Assembly (NCBI GenBank): GCA_044229975.1
Contig: JBGARZ010000005.1
Span: 96,001-160,000 of the forward strand
Source of the DNA: Polyangiales bacterium
GTDB taxonomy: Bacteria > Myxococcota_A > Polyangia > Polyangiales > Ga0077539
DNA length: 64,000 nt
Direction: 5' to 3'
The position numbers and the translations under genes were made by a program. Under the pieces are notes generated by a model. That model did no database searches and had not been told where the DNA came from. It worked only from the letters and a program-made list of their open reading frames with translations. Of the stretch, positions 27,244 through 36,627 are shown in pieces (position 1 is the stretch's first letter; each line of letters opens with the position of its first letter).

Positions 27244-29985
27244 GTGATGATTCGACGAAGGCTCGGTCTGGGGGTGGCGCTGCTCGCGCTCGTCGGCTGT
27301 GACGACATCTCGGTGGTCGGCAGCGACTCCGGTCCCCCCGATGTCCCCTCGGTCGATGTCGCCCTCGAAGATGTCCCGGTCGCCAAGGACGCAGGCTTCG
27401 ATGTCGGCTTCGATGTGGGGTTCGACGTCGGCTTCGACCTGGGCACGCCCGACACGGGCCCGATGCTGGAGTGCCGCGCGTCCGCTGACTGCGCCACGGC
27501 GCCCGGCGGCCCGGTGTGCGACCTCGCAAGCAACCGCTGCGTGCGCTGCACCGCCACCGAAGACGTCTGCGCCGTCGGAACCTACTGCGCGTCCAACGCG
27601 TGCGTTCCTGGCTGTCGCGGCGCGGCCGACTGCTCGGGCACCTCGGTCTGCGACGTCGCCTCGCACACCTGCGTCGGCTGCACCGTCGACACCGACTGCG
27701 CGATCGGAACCATCTGCCGCGCCAACGCCTGCGTCCCCGGCTGCGGACCTGGGCGCGCGTGCGGCGCGGGCTCGACCTGTTGCGGGACGAGCTGCGTCAA
27801 CACCGACTCCGACGTCGCCCACTGCGGCGCCTGCGCGACGGCCTGCGCCGCGGGCTCGGTCTGCTGCACCGGCGCGTGCGCCAACCCGACCAGCGACGCC
27901 ACGCACTGCGGCGCCTGCGGAACGCGCTGCACCGCCGCCAACGGCACCGGCGTCTGCACGGCGGGCGCGTGCGCCGTCGGCACCTGCAACCCGGGCTTCG
28001 GCGACTGCGACGGCAACGCGGCCAACGGCTGCGAGGTGGACCTCACCACGTCCGCCGCCAACTGCGCGACCTGCGGCAACGTGTGCCCCGCGCGCGCCAA
28101 CGCGGCGGCCACCTGCGCCGGGTTGACCTGCGGCATCGCGTGCAGCGCGGGATTCGGCAACTGCGACGCCAACGCCGCTAACGGCTGCGAGGTCGCGCTC
28201 TCCACGTCGGTCTCCAACTGCGGAGCGTGCGGCAACACCTGCATCGTCCCCAACGCGACGGCCGCGTGCGTGGGCGGGGCGTGTGGGGTGGGCGCATGCA
28301 CCACGGGCTTCGGCAACTGCGACGGCTCGGTGGCCAACGGCTGCGAGGTCACCACCACGTCGAACACCGCCCACTGCGGCGCGTGCAACAACCGCTGCGC
28401 CGCGGGCGAGAGCTGCATCGCGGGCGCGTGCACGCTGGTGTGCTCGACCCCGGCCATCGCGTGCGGGGCGAGCTGCGTCGACCCGCGCACCGACCTCAAC
28501 CACTGCGGCGACTGCGGCAGGGTGTGCCCCGCGACCCCGGCCAACGGCGCCGGAACGTGCGCGGCAGGATCGTGCTCGCTCACGTGCAACCGCGGCTTCG
28601 CCGACTGCGACACGACGGTGGCCAACGGCTGCGAGATCAACCTGCTGTCGGCGGTCGACGGCTGCGGGGCCTGCGGGCGGGTGTGCTCGTTCGCCAACGC
28701 CGCACGGAGCTGCGTCAACGCGGCGTGCGAGCTGGGCGCGTGCACTGCTGGCTTCGGCAACTGCGACGGCGCACCGGCCAACGGCTGCGAGGTCGAGCTC
28801 AACACCACCGCCAACTGCGGGGCGTGCGGTCGGGCCTGCGCGCTGGCCAACGCCACGGCGGCGTGTACCGCGGGCGCTTGCGCGGTGGCGGCCTGCACGA
28901 CGGGTTACGGCAACTGCGACGGCGCGGCGGCCAACGGGTGCGAGACGGACACCCGGACGAGCTCGCTGCACTGCGGAGCGTGCGGGCGGGCATGCGCCGC
29001 GGGGCAGGCGTGCGCGGCCGGGACGTGCGTGGCGATGTGCGCGCGGCCGACGGCGTTCTGCGCGGGCGGGTGCGTGACGCTGGCGACGGACGCGGCGAAC
29101 TGCGGCGCGTGCGGGGTGCGCTGCGGCGCGGGCGAGGTCTGCGCGAGCGGTGATTGTGTGGGCGCGCCTCCGGCCAACGACACGGTGGCGACGGCCACGC
29201 CGCTCGACCTGTCGCAGCCGACGGTGACGTTTACGGCGAGCACCGAGAACGCGACGAGCGACGTGGTGACGCCGTGCCTCGGCAGCAACGCCAACCGCGG
29301 CGGCGACGTCTTCTATCGGCTCACGCTGACGCAGCGCGAGCTCGTGTACGCCGACACCTTCGGCGGCGGGACCTACGACAGCGCGCTCTTCTTCGCCAAC
29401 GCGGCGGGAGTGGCGGTGACGGCGAGCCGCACGCCGGGCGACACGGTCTGCAACGACGACGCGGATGGTCCGTGCCCGGGCGTGGGCAACAGCGCGATGG
29501 TGGTCACGGTGCTCGATCCGGGCGTCTGGTACCTCGTGGTGACGGGCTACGGGTCGAGCCGGGGGACGGCTCCGGTGCACTTCGAGCACCTGCCCGCGGG
29601 CGCTGGTGTGCTCGCGGCGCTGACGGCGGGAACGAGCGCGACCGTGACGGGCGTGCTGGCGACGACGCCACCTGTAGGCGCAGTGACCAGCGGCACGTGC
29701 GGCGGCGCGGGACTGGAGAATGCGTACTGGTGGCGGACGTGTCCCGCGGCGCTCACGGCGACGCTCACGGCGCAGACGTGCGCGGGCGCGGCCTTCGACA
29801 CGGTGCTGCACGCGGCGCACGGCGACGGGACGCGGGCGTGCAACGACAACGGCGGAGGGAGCTGCGGGGCGCAGTCGTCGCTGACGTCGACGTACCCGCG
29901 GCTGGCGCGGCTGCACGCGCTGTACGTCGACGCCTTCGCGACGGGCACGGGCGGCGCGTACACGGTGCGGTACGCGCGACCGTAG
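27244..29985 (+). CDS. Cys-rich repeat surface lipoprotein (Stig1/myxobacterial CGAC repeats) with two C-terminal beta-sandwich (PPC-like) domains
   Basis: Lipobox LVGC; about 11 '[HN]CG.CG..C' units and 7 'GF.[ND]CD...ANGCE' units; 'PANDT..A..L', 'DVFY', 'CND'. Confidence 0.88.
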   Translation: MMIRRRLGLGVALLALVGCDDISVVGSDSGPPDVPSVDVALEDVPVAKDAGFDVGFDVGFDVGFDLGTPDTGPMLECRASADCATAPGGPVCDLASNRCVRCTATEDVCAVGTYCASNACVPGCRGAADCSGTSVCDVASHTCVGCTVDTDCAIGTICRANACVPGCGPGRACGAGSTCCGTSCVNTDSDVAHCGACATACAAGSVCCTGACANPTSDATHCGACGTRCTAANGTGVCTAGACAVGTCNPGFGDCDGNAANGCEVDLTTSAANCATCGNVCPARANAAATCAGLTCGIACSAGFGNCDANAANGCEVALSTSVSNCGACGNTCIVPNATAACVGGACGVGACTTGFGNCDGSVANGCEVTTTSNTAHCGACNNRCAAGESCIAGACTLVCSTPAIACGASCVDPRTDLNHCGDCGRVCPATPANGAGTCAAGSCSLTCNRGFADCDTTVANGCEINLLSAVDGCGACGRVCSFANAARSCVNAACELGACTAGFGNCDGAPANGCEVELNTTANCGACGRACALANATAACTAGACAVAACTTGYGNCDGAAANGCETDTRTSSLHCGACGRACAAGQACAAGTCVAMCARPTAFCAGGCVTLATDAANCGACGVRCGAGEVCASGDCVGAPPANDTVATATPLDLSQPTVTFTASTENATSDVVTPCLGSNANRGGDVFYRLTLTQRELVYADTFGGGTYDSALFFANAAGVAVTASRTPGDTVCNDDADGPCPGVGNSAMVVTVLDPGVWYLVVTGYGSSRGTAPVHFEHLPAGAGVLAALTAGTSATVTGVLATTPPVGAVTSGTCGGAGLENAYWWRTCPAALTATLTAQTCAGAAFDTVLHAAHGDGTRACNDNGGGSCGAQSSLTSTYPRLARLHALYVDAFATGTGGAYTVRYARP
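27394..27441 (+). repeat. In-frame 12-bp tandem repeat x4 (GFDV)
   Basis: ggcttcgatgtc ggcttcgatgtg gggttcgacgtc ggcttcgacctg in the lipoprotein linker. Confidence 0.8.
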
Positions 29986-30118
29986 GGGCTGACCACGTCG
30001 TGGTTGCGGGCGATAGCCGTCTTGAACGGCGGTCCTGAGGATATGGAACACAGCGGAGCCCGCCGGAGCGGGCGAAGGCGCGTTGACCGGTCCGGTTTCG
30101 GCGAGCACTCTGGGCGTC

Positions 30119-30334
30119 ATGGCTGCCGCGCGCGATGACTTCTCGTGGGTGCCCCGCTACCCCGCCCCGGTGACGTTGGCGGACGTGCCAGAGCACCTGC
30201 GCGACAACCCGCTGGTGTTGGCGGTCCTCGCGATGTCGCCCGACGAAGAGGCCACGCTCGAACGCACGGCGCGCAGCGACGAGGCCGACGACCCCGAGAC
30301 GGTCGCTATGCTCCTGGCAGACGCGCGCCGGTGA
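30119..30334 (+). CDS. Small acidic protein, putative antitoxin (71 aa)
   Basis: ATG at 30119, acidic C-terminus; its stop overlaps (GTGA) the start of the Doc-like gene. Confidence 0.5.
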   Translation: MAAARDDFSWVPRYPAPVTLADVPEHLRDNPLVLAVLAMSPDEEATLERTARSDEADDPETVAMLLADARR

Positions 30335-30709
30335 TCGTCGACGCGGGGGGCGTCGTCGCCGGCTAACCCCTTCATCGCTCGGCGGTATGGCCGGGTCCCG
30401 CTCTGCGACGCGGTGGCGATTGGCCCGTGCTTCGAGCGCGCGGCCCAGCTCGCGGGCGCGGTGCTGGCGGACGAGCCCGCCGCGGTGTTCTACGCGCTCG
30501 CTTCCAAACGCCGGGCTTTCCCGTTTGCCTGGAAGCTCATGGCGCGCCTCACGGCGGGCATCCAGGCGACGACCAACGGCCTCGCGCTCGACGCGCTGCT
30601 GGAAGACCTCGACGCGCTCTGCGTGGAGGTGCTCTACCAACGCGCGACCTGGCCGGATGTGCGGGCGTGGTTCGCGGCGAGACAGCGTCCGCCGACGTCG
30701 ACTCCCTGA
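30331..30709 (+). pseudogene. Frameshifted, catalytically degenerate Fic/Doc-like protein
   Basis: The GTG at 30331 reads VIVDAGGVVAG-stop. Removing one base near 30345-30362 joins it to the 30413..30709 frame (ANPFIARRYG...AAVFYALA...TNGL.L....DL..L...V......DVRAWF), a Doc-like layout lacking HPFxDGNKR. Confidence 0.5.
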
Positions 30710-30740
30710 ACGGCGTCCGAGTTAGCGATGGAGGTCGCTG

Positions 30741-32075
30741 CTACGTCGGCCCCAACAGCGGCTGCGTCAGCCGCTCGCCCATCTCGCCCGGGATGGTCAG
30801 CCGCTCGCCCGTGCGCTGCGCCGCGATGTCGTCGAAGTACTTCTTCTCGTACTCGCCGACGAACACCGTGTAGCGCGAGGTGATCGCCAGCAGGTGATAG
30901 AAGAAGTCCATGTCCTCCTGCGAGAGGAACGCCCCGCACAGCGCATATCCGAGCCAGCTCGCCTTCACCATCACGAGCATGTAGCGAGCCTCGGTCCACT
31001 GCTTCTTGTGGATGCGCTCCATGCGCATCTCGCACCAGCTCGCGACCACCCAGCACATGATGACCAGGTAGAGCCAGATGCCGAGGCCCACCACGCCCTG
31101 CTCGCCCAGCAATTGGTAGAACGACGAGTGCGCCACGTGGATGTCGTTGGGCACCGGCGCGTACTGCCGAAACCGCACGAGGAAGTTGCCGCTGCCGATG
31201 CCCCAGAGCGGGCGGTCCTTCGCCATGTTGCGCGCGGCGGCCCACGCGTTGAGGCGGCCGATGGCGCTCGCGTCATTCTGTGATGCGCGGCCGATCGTCA
31301 TGAAGCGCGCCGTCACCTCCGTCGGGAGGTTGGCCAGACCGACGAGCGCCACCATCACACCGACCACCACCAGCCAGCGCTTGTGGTGCAGTCGGTAGAG
31401 GAGATAGCCGCCGACGGCGCCGAGCCCCAGCATGCCGCCGCGCGAGAGGCTGAGGAGGATGGTGATGGCGAGCGGGAGGATCCAGAACCACGCGAAGGCC
31501 CGCACGAACATGCGCTTGGCCGTGAGCCCCAGCATGAACAGGAAGGGCACGGTCATCACCATGGTCATCGCCATCTCGTTGCGATCACCGGTGGCCCCTT
31601 CGAAGTTGTTCTCGTTGAGGTGGAATTTCCCCCAGCAGAAGCGCACCGCCACGGTGATGCTGGCGATGGAGATGGCCCAGTACAGCTCGCGCAGGTGCGC
31701 GTCGTTGCGCATGAACGCGCAGATCAAATAGTACTGGAGCAGCATCTTGTAATAGTTGTCGATCTGCACCAGCCCCGGGCCGAAGCAGGGGGCGTGCAGC
31801 ACCGAGTTCACGACGCTCATGAACAGGAAGAAGATCGCCCAGTGGAAGCGGTCGGACGTGAGCCGATACCGCTTGTAGAAGATGAGCAGCAACCCGAGCG
31901 CCACCGCGTAGTAGGTGATGGAGAAGCGCACCGTCTCCATCCCGAACTCGATGAACTCGTCGCCCGGTCGGATGGTGTCGCAGGCGACCATCCCGAACAC
32001 CGCGAAGCGCGGGTTGCGGGTCAGCGCGATGAGCACCGTGATGAGCAGGATCGCGTAGCCAAGTCCCGTCTTCAT
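30741..32075 (-). CDS. O-antigen ligase/Wzy-like membrane protein (exosortase-associated O-glycosylation ligase type)
   Basis: Multiple TM helices; D.NE.A, SLSRGG.LGL, DASA.GRL.AW, RPL.G.G.G.F, VAHS...QLLGEQG. Confidence 0.87.
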   Translation of the reverse strand: MKTGLGYAILLITVLIALTRNPRFAVFGMVACDTIRPGDEFIEFGMETVRFSITYYAVALGLLLIFYKRYRLTSDRFHWAIFFLFMSVVNSVLHAPCFGPGLVQIDNYYKMLLQYYLICAFMRNDAHLRELYWAISIASITVAVRFCWGKFHLNENNFEGATGDRNEMAMTMVMTVPFLFMLGLTAKRMFVRAFAWFWILPLAITILLSLSRGGMLGLGAVGGYLLYRLHHKRWLVVVGVMVALVGLANLPTEVTARFMTIGRASQNDASAIGRLNAWAAARNMAKDRPLWGIGSGNFLVRFRQYAPVPNDIHVAHSSFYQLLGEQGVVGLGIWLYLVIMCWVVASWCEMRMERIHKKQWTEARYMLVMVKASWLGYALCGAFLSQEDMDFFYHLLAITSRYTVFVGEYEKKYFDDIAAQRTGERLTIPGEMGERLTQPLLGPT

Positions 32076-32085
32076 GGATGACGTC

Positions 32086-33192
32086 TCAGGTGTTGGAGAG
32101 GGTTCCGTCTTCGAGGGATTTCACGGTCTCGTAGAGCTCGCGCGCCGTGACGTAGTGGAGCACCCACCGCCGCGTGTCCGACGTCGCGCGCTCCAGCGTG
32201 GTGAGCAGCGTGTCGAAGGGCCCGCCCTCGCGCAGAAACCACTCGGGCGCGTCGCCGTTGCAGCCGTGGGCGTGCAGCTTCACGAAGCGGTGGTTGGGGG
32301 CGCCGCGCATCGCGACGCCGTGCTCCAGCCAGCTCGCCACGCGCTGCTCGAAGGGCACCGGGTTCTCGGGCTCCAGCATCGCCGCCTCGACGCGCGGAAC
32401 AAGCCCCATCGCGCGCGACTTCCAATGCAGCGCGAGCGGACCCGGGATGAGCATGAGCTCGCCCTCGCGCTCGGCCGTCCCGACGGTCACCTCGCGGCCC
32501 GTGTCGTGGCCGCGCGAGTGCCCCGGTCGACTGCGCGCGTAGTAGATCTGGTTGACCACGCGCCCCTGCGCCGGCGACGGAACGCAGGGCATCGTCATGT
32601 CGACGTAGCAGCCTGCTTCGCGCAGCGCGGTGATCTCGTCGTCGACCCCGCAAAACGTCCCGTCGGGCATCGAGTTGTCGAGCGCCCAGTTGCCGTGGAT
32701 GAAGGCCCAGACCACCTGTCCCGTGACCGGATCTTTGCGCAGCAACCCGTGCTCTTCGTGGAGGAGCGTCGCGAACTCCGAGAGCGTTCGCTTGAGGTTG
32801 TCGGCCGTGTCGTTGTCGTGGTGCAGGTGCAGCTCGACGTCGACGAGCTGCTTCGCGACCAGCTCGTTGATGGCGTGCATGTGCTCGGGCCGGTACTCCT
32901 CCTGCGGGAAGAAGAGCGTGCGCTGGTTGGGCCGCCCGAAGCTGTCGCGATGGCGAGCGGCAAGCGCCGGGAAGCCGTCGACCCAGGCGCCGACGCGACG
33001 GCGTTCTTCCTCGACGGAGGGCTTGCGCCAGCGCGGCTCGAAGTGGTCGGCGACGCAGACGTAGAGGTGGACGGGGTGGCCCTCGACGGGCGCCTCGCGG
33101 CGCAGCGCCGAAGCGGCGAGGCCGGGGGCCCAGACGTGGGCGTTGCGACGGTCGACGCGCGAGAGGGCGCGGGAGATCCACGGGGCGTTCAT
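32086..33192 (-). CDS. EPS-cluster protein with probable metal-dependent deacetylase/hydrolase-like barrel
   Basis: VADHFEP, E.HLHH, FIHGNWALDNS, FVKLHAHG, LHYVTARE; ATGA-coupled within the EPS operon. The fold is inferred. Confidence 0.65.
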   Translation of the reverse strand: MNAPWISRALSRVDRRNAHVWAPGLAASALRREAPVEGHPVHLYVCVADHFEPRWRKPSVEEERRRVGAWVDGFPALAARHRDSFGRPNQRTLFFPQEEYRPEHMHAINELVAKQLVDVELHLHHDNDTADNLKRTLSEFATLLHEEHGLLRKDPVTGQVVWAFIHGNWALDNSMPDGTFCGVDDEITALREAGCYVDMTMPCVPSPAQGRVVNQIYYARSRPGHSRGHDTGREVTVGTAEREGELMLIPGPLALHWKSRAMGLVPRVEAAMLEPENPVPFEQRVASWLEHGVAMRGAPNHRFVKLHAHGCNGDAPEWFLREGGPFDTLLTTLERATSDTRRWVLHYVTARELYETVKSLEDGTLSNT

Positions 33193-34370
33193 GCGGGGTC
33201 CTGTGAGCGGTGGGAGGCGGCGAGGCAGCGGTCGAGGAAGGTGCGGGCGCGGTCGTCCCAGGTCTCGCCCGCGAGCAGGGCGGCGCGGGCGGCGCGGCGG
33301 TCGGACGGCCCGGCGAGGGCCTCGCTCACGGCGGCGATGGTGGCGTCGGCGGTGTCGGCGAGGCGCACTTCCGGCGCGTAGCGGGCGACCTCGGGGAGCG
33401 ACGTGGCGACGATGGGTTTGCCCGACGCGAGGTACTCACGAAGCTTGAGGGGATTGATGGAGCGGGTGAGCTCGCTGCGGACATACGGGAGCAGCGCGAC
33501 GTCGAAGCTGGCCATCGCCTCGGGCAGGCGCGCGTAGGGGACGGCGCCCACGAAGCGGACGTTGTCGCCGCGCAGTCGGGGGTCGGGCGCGGTGTCGGTG
33601 GGGCCGACGAAGACCACGTCCCAGTCGGGTCGCGCGCGGGCCACGGCCATCACCAGCTCCACGTCGAGGCGCGCGTCCACGAGGCCAAGGTACCCGAGCA
33701 CGGGCTTCCCGCGGCGCACACCGTGGAGCATCGGGGTGGACGGCTCACAGGCCGAGGCGAGGTGCTCAAGATCGACGCCGTGCGGGAGCAGCGTGGCCTC
33801 GCCGTGGCGGGGGCGGCGGGTGTCGAGGAGGTTCTGGCTGGTGGCGAGGACGGCGTCGCAGCGGTCGAGCAGCTCGCGTTCGAGCAGGGTGGCCGCGGCG
33901 CGGTCGACGCCGGGCCAGTTGGTGAAGTCGTCGACGCAGTAGTAGACGAGGCACCGGGAGCCCGCGATGCCGCGACCGTCGACGCCGTTGGGGACGGTGG
34001 TGACGACGATGGGAGCGCGCAGGCCGAGGCGCTCGGCGGCGCGGCCGACGGCGAAGCGAACGCTCTCGCGGTTGGCGAGGCGCAGCGGCGCGGGGCGCAT
34101 CCACGGGAGCATCGGCGGCGAGACGACGTGGAGGTCGAGGTCGCTGTTGGCGGGGGTCGTCGCAGCGGGCTCGCCACGGGGACCGAGCATCCCGCGGAGC
34201 TTGCGGACGACGCGTTCGGCGTCGCGGCGATCGAGGCGCGGGGGGCGGAGGCCGAGGGTGTTGACCCAGAGCGTCCGGTGGGTGCGCGCGACGCGGCGGA
34301 AGAGGTGCTGCACGCTGGAGGGGTGCGCGCCCCAGTCGTCGCCGAAGACGATGAACGACGGCTCCGTCAT
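33189..34370 (-). CDS. GT-B glycosyltransferase (GT4/TuaH-like)
   Basis: FGDDW..HPSS.QH, YYCVDDF, LPHGVD, FDVALLPY, NPLKLREYLASGKPIVAT. Confidence 0.9.
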   Translation of the reverse strand: MTEPSFIVFGDDWGAHPSSVQHLFRRVARTHRTLWVNTLGLRPPRLDRRDAERVVRKLRGMLGPRGEPAATTPANSDLDLHVVSPPMLPWMRPAPLRLANRESVRFAVGRAAERLGLRAPIVVTTVPNGVDGRGIAGSRCLVYYCVDDFTNWPGVDRAAATLLERELLDRCDAVLATSQNLLDTRRPRHGEATLLPHGVDLEHLASACEPSTPMLHGVRRGKPVLGYLGLVDARLDVELVMAVARARPDWDVVFVGPTDTAPDPRLRGDNVRFVGAVPYARLPEAMASFDVALLPYVRSELTRSINPLKLREYLASGKPIVATSLPEVARYAPEVRLADTADATIAAVSEALAGPSDRRAARAALLAGETWDDRARTFLDRCLAASHRSQDPA

Positions 34371-35254
34371 GCGACGGGCGAAGCGGCGACCGCGGAGGAC
34401 TCAACCACCGGGAGGAGCTTGAGCGACTGGAGCACCGTCCTCGCCGGGGCGAGCGGGTACGCGCGCATCAGCTCCGTGAGCCGCGGAACGATCTGGTCGA
34501 TGTTGTGATAGCTGCGCGCCTCGGCGAGTCGGCTCATGGGGAAGCGCGGCTGCTGCGCGTCGATCTCCCACGGGTGCAGGTACACCATGAAGGGCGTTTG
34601 CTCGGCGACGACGCGGTCGAGCGCCCAGCGGGTGTAGGCCATCGGGAGCAGTCGCAGGTAGCCGCCGCCACCGACGGGGAGGTTGCGTCCCATGAGCTGG
34701 ATGGTGCTGCTGGGAAACTCCACGAGCCCTTCGCCGGGGCCCGACGCGATGCGATGCGGCGCGCGCGGCGCCGTGGGGATGCCGTAGCGATCGTGGCGGA
34801 TGGGGAAGATGCTCGCGTCGTAGGTGAAGCCCTCGTCGCGCAGGATGTCGAGCGCCCAGCGGGTCTCCTCGACGACCGAAAACGTAGGCGCGCGGTAGCC
34901 ATCGACGCGCACGCCGCCGAGGTCTTCGAGCGTGGACTTCGCGGCGCGGATGTCGTCGCGAAACTCATCGCGAGACATCTGGGTGATCATGCGGTGGGCG
35001 TTGCCGTGGCAGGCGAGCTCGTGGCCTTCGGCGACGATGCGGCGGATGAGCGCGGGGTGCCGGCGCGCGACCCAGCCGAGCGTGAAGAAGGTCGAGCGGA
35101 CGTTTTCGCGGGCGAAGAGGTCGAGCAGCACGGAGGTCTGCCAGGCGACGCGGGACTCCAGGCGGTCCCACTCGTCGCGGTCGATGACGCGGGCGAGGGC
35201 CTCGACCTGGAAGTACTCCTCGACGTCGACGGTGAGCGCGTTGGGGGTGGTCAT
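34367..35254 (-). CDS. Polysaccharide deacetylase, PEP-CTERM/XrtA-system type (DUF3473)
   Basis: NALTVDVEEYFQV, TFFTLGWVA, GHELACHG..H, GYRAPTFS, GGGYLRL, YLHPWEID. Confidence 0.92.
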   Translation of the reverse strand: MTTPNALTVDVEEYFQVEALARVIDRDEWDRLESRVAWQTSVLLDLFARENVRSTFFTLGWVARRHPALIRRIVAEGHELACHGNAHRMITQMSRDEFRDDIRAAKSTLEDLGGVRVDGYRAPTFSVVEETRWALDILRDEGFTYDASIFPIRHDRYGIPTAPRAPHRIASGPGEGLVEFPSSTIQLMGRNLPVGGGGYLRLLPMAYTRWALDRVVAEQTPFMVYLHPWEIDAQQPRFPMSRLAEARSYHNIDQIVPRLTELMRAYPLAPARTVLQSLKLLPVVESSAVAASPVA

Positions 35255-35291
35255 GGCGGCGGTGAGGTTAGCCCACCGCGCGGGCGCAGAG

Positions 35292-36356
35292 CTACGGGAT
35301 CCAGCGCACGATGCGCGGCCCGGCGAGTGTGGCAACGGGCACCGGGATGCGCTGCCACGCCGCGATGACCTTCGCGAACTTGGGGTTGTCGGGCTTGAGC
35401 TCGGGCAGCGCCTCTCCGTCTTTCAAGAGGTAGTGATAGGCGAGCGGGGTGGGGACGGCGCCCCAGTTCTTCTTGAAGGCGAAGGTGCCGGAGTCGAGCG
35501 ACGAGCGCCCGAAGGAGAAGGTCTTGTACCCGCGGCGAATCGCCTCGGAGAGGATGGTCCAGTAGAGGAGCATGTTGCCGCGCAGGCGCGTGAAGGCGTG
35601 CAGCGAGCCCGCGCAGGGGATCTCCAGCGTGTCGCCCATGCCCGCGAGAAAGCCGCCGCCGACGGGCCGACCCTGGTAGCGAACGACGGCGACCCAGCAG
35701 CGGTCGGGCATGCGTCGCAGCGCCTCGGCGAAGAGGTGCGCGCTGTGCCCGGGGCTGCCGAGGTCGCGCATCACCGACGAGTACGCAGCATGGTATTCGG
35801 GGATGAGCTCGACTCCGCCGATGTGCGCGGTGAGCCCCTCCTTCTCGGGGCGACGAACATCGGCGCGCACCTTCGGCCCGAGCGCCTTGAGCAGCGCGTC
35901 GGGGTCACCCGGGAGCGTGAGCTGCATCAGCACCTTGTCGCCGCGCGACGGGAGGTCGGCCGCGGCGGGGACGCTGTGGGCGTGGCGGAGCTCGACGCGA
36001 GCGGCACCCTCTTCGGGAAGCAGGGCGCGGGCGGCGTCGAAGAGCGCGCGGTAGGTCTCGTCGTCGTCGGCGATGGCGCCGCCGTGGCCGAAGTACGGGA
36101 GCGAGACGAGCTGCGTACCGAAGGGGATGGATGAGAGGCGGACGAGTGGGAGCACGCCAGAGACGCGGTTGCCGCGGACGGCAATGAGCGGGCACCAGCG
36201 GGTGCCGTAGACATCGCGGAAGAGCTCGCCCCACTCCCAGCGGTGATAGACGGAGGCGTGGGGGTGACGCTCGACGTAGCCGTTCCAGCGGGCGCGGTCG
36301 TCGAAGCGGGCGCCGCGCACGACGGGCGGGATGATGGGCGGGGTGGAGAGGTCCAT
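35292..36356 (-). CDS. FemAB-related (GNAT) protein, PEP-CTERM/XrtA-system type
   Basis: W..YV..HP....YH..EW, GVLPL, LVSLPY...GG, LG.P, NMLLYW, FSFGRS, FKKNWG, PDNPKF...IA.W.R.P. Confidence 0.9.
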   Translation of the reverse strand: MDLSTPPIIPPVVRGARFDDRARWNGYVERHPHASVYHRWEWGELFRDVYGTRWCPLIAVRGNRVSGVLPLVRLSSIPFGTQLVSLPYFGHGGAIADDDETYRALFDAARALLPEEGAARVELRHAHSVPAAADLPSRGDKVLMQLTLPGDPDALLKALGPKVRADVRRPEKEGLTAHIGGVELIPEYHAAYSSVMRDLGSPGHSAHLFAEALRRMPDRCWVAVVRYQGRPVGGGFLAGMGDTLEIPCAGSLHAFTRLRGNMLLYWTILSEAIRRGYKTFSFGRSSLDSGTFAFKKNWGAVPTPLAYHYLLKDGEALPELKPDNPKFAKVIAAWQRIPVPVATLAGPRIVRWIP

Positions 36357-36420
36357 GACGGGGCGCGAGGATGCCGGGAGGGCGACGCGGAGGGCAACCG
36401 GGGAGCGAGGTGTCGGGCGG

Positions 36421-36610
36421 CGCGGAAGACAAAGCCGCAAGGGCGCAGGGGTCGCAAGCGAATGGCGGGCTCTGGGCTGTCGTGGGCTCGTACCACTCAC
36501 GCCGCGTCGGCACCTCGCTCGCCCACGGATCTCGCGATACCGAAAGCTCTTCGCCGTAGGGGCTCCGTCTTCCTTGCGACCCTTGCGCCCTTGCGGCTTC
36601 TCGTTCCGCG
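36421..36610. repeat. Inverted repeat, CGCAAG-core family, copy 3
   Basis: Arms ~36421-36462 and ~36570-36610 (about 41 bp, imperfect). Core AAGCCGCAAGGGCGCAGGGGTCGCAAG versus CTTGCGACCCTTGCGCCCTTGCGGCTT. Confidence 0.85.
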
Positions 36611-36627
36611 GAGCGACGGCAGCGACC

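Noticed and set aside
26047..30120. 1357-aa minus-strand ORF, and similar long ORFs such as 51571..55920 +, 48923..51658 + and 44320..46083 -
   Set aside because: Antisense shadows of well-supported genes. They are Arg/Ala/Gly-rich with no motifs, as expected from stop-codon scarcity at high GC.
10165..36610. CGCAAG repeats as a CRISPR array or IS ends
   Set aside because: The copies are inverted pairs at dispersed sites, not direct repeats with spacers. No cas or transposase gene, and I found no clear target-site duplication.
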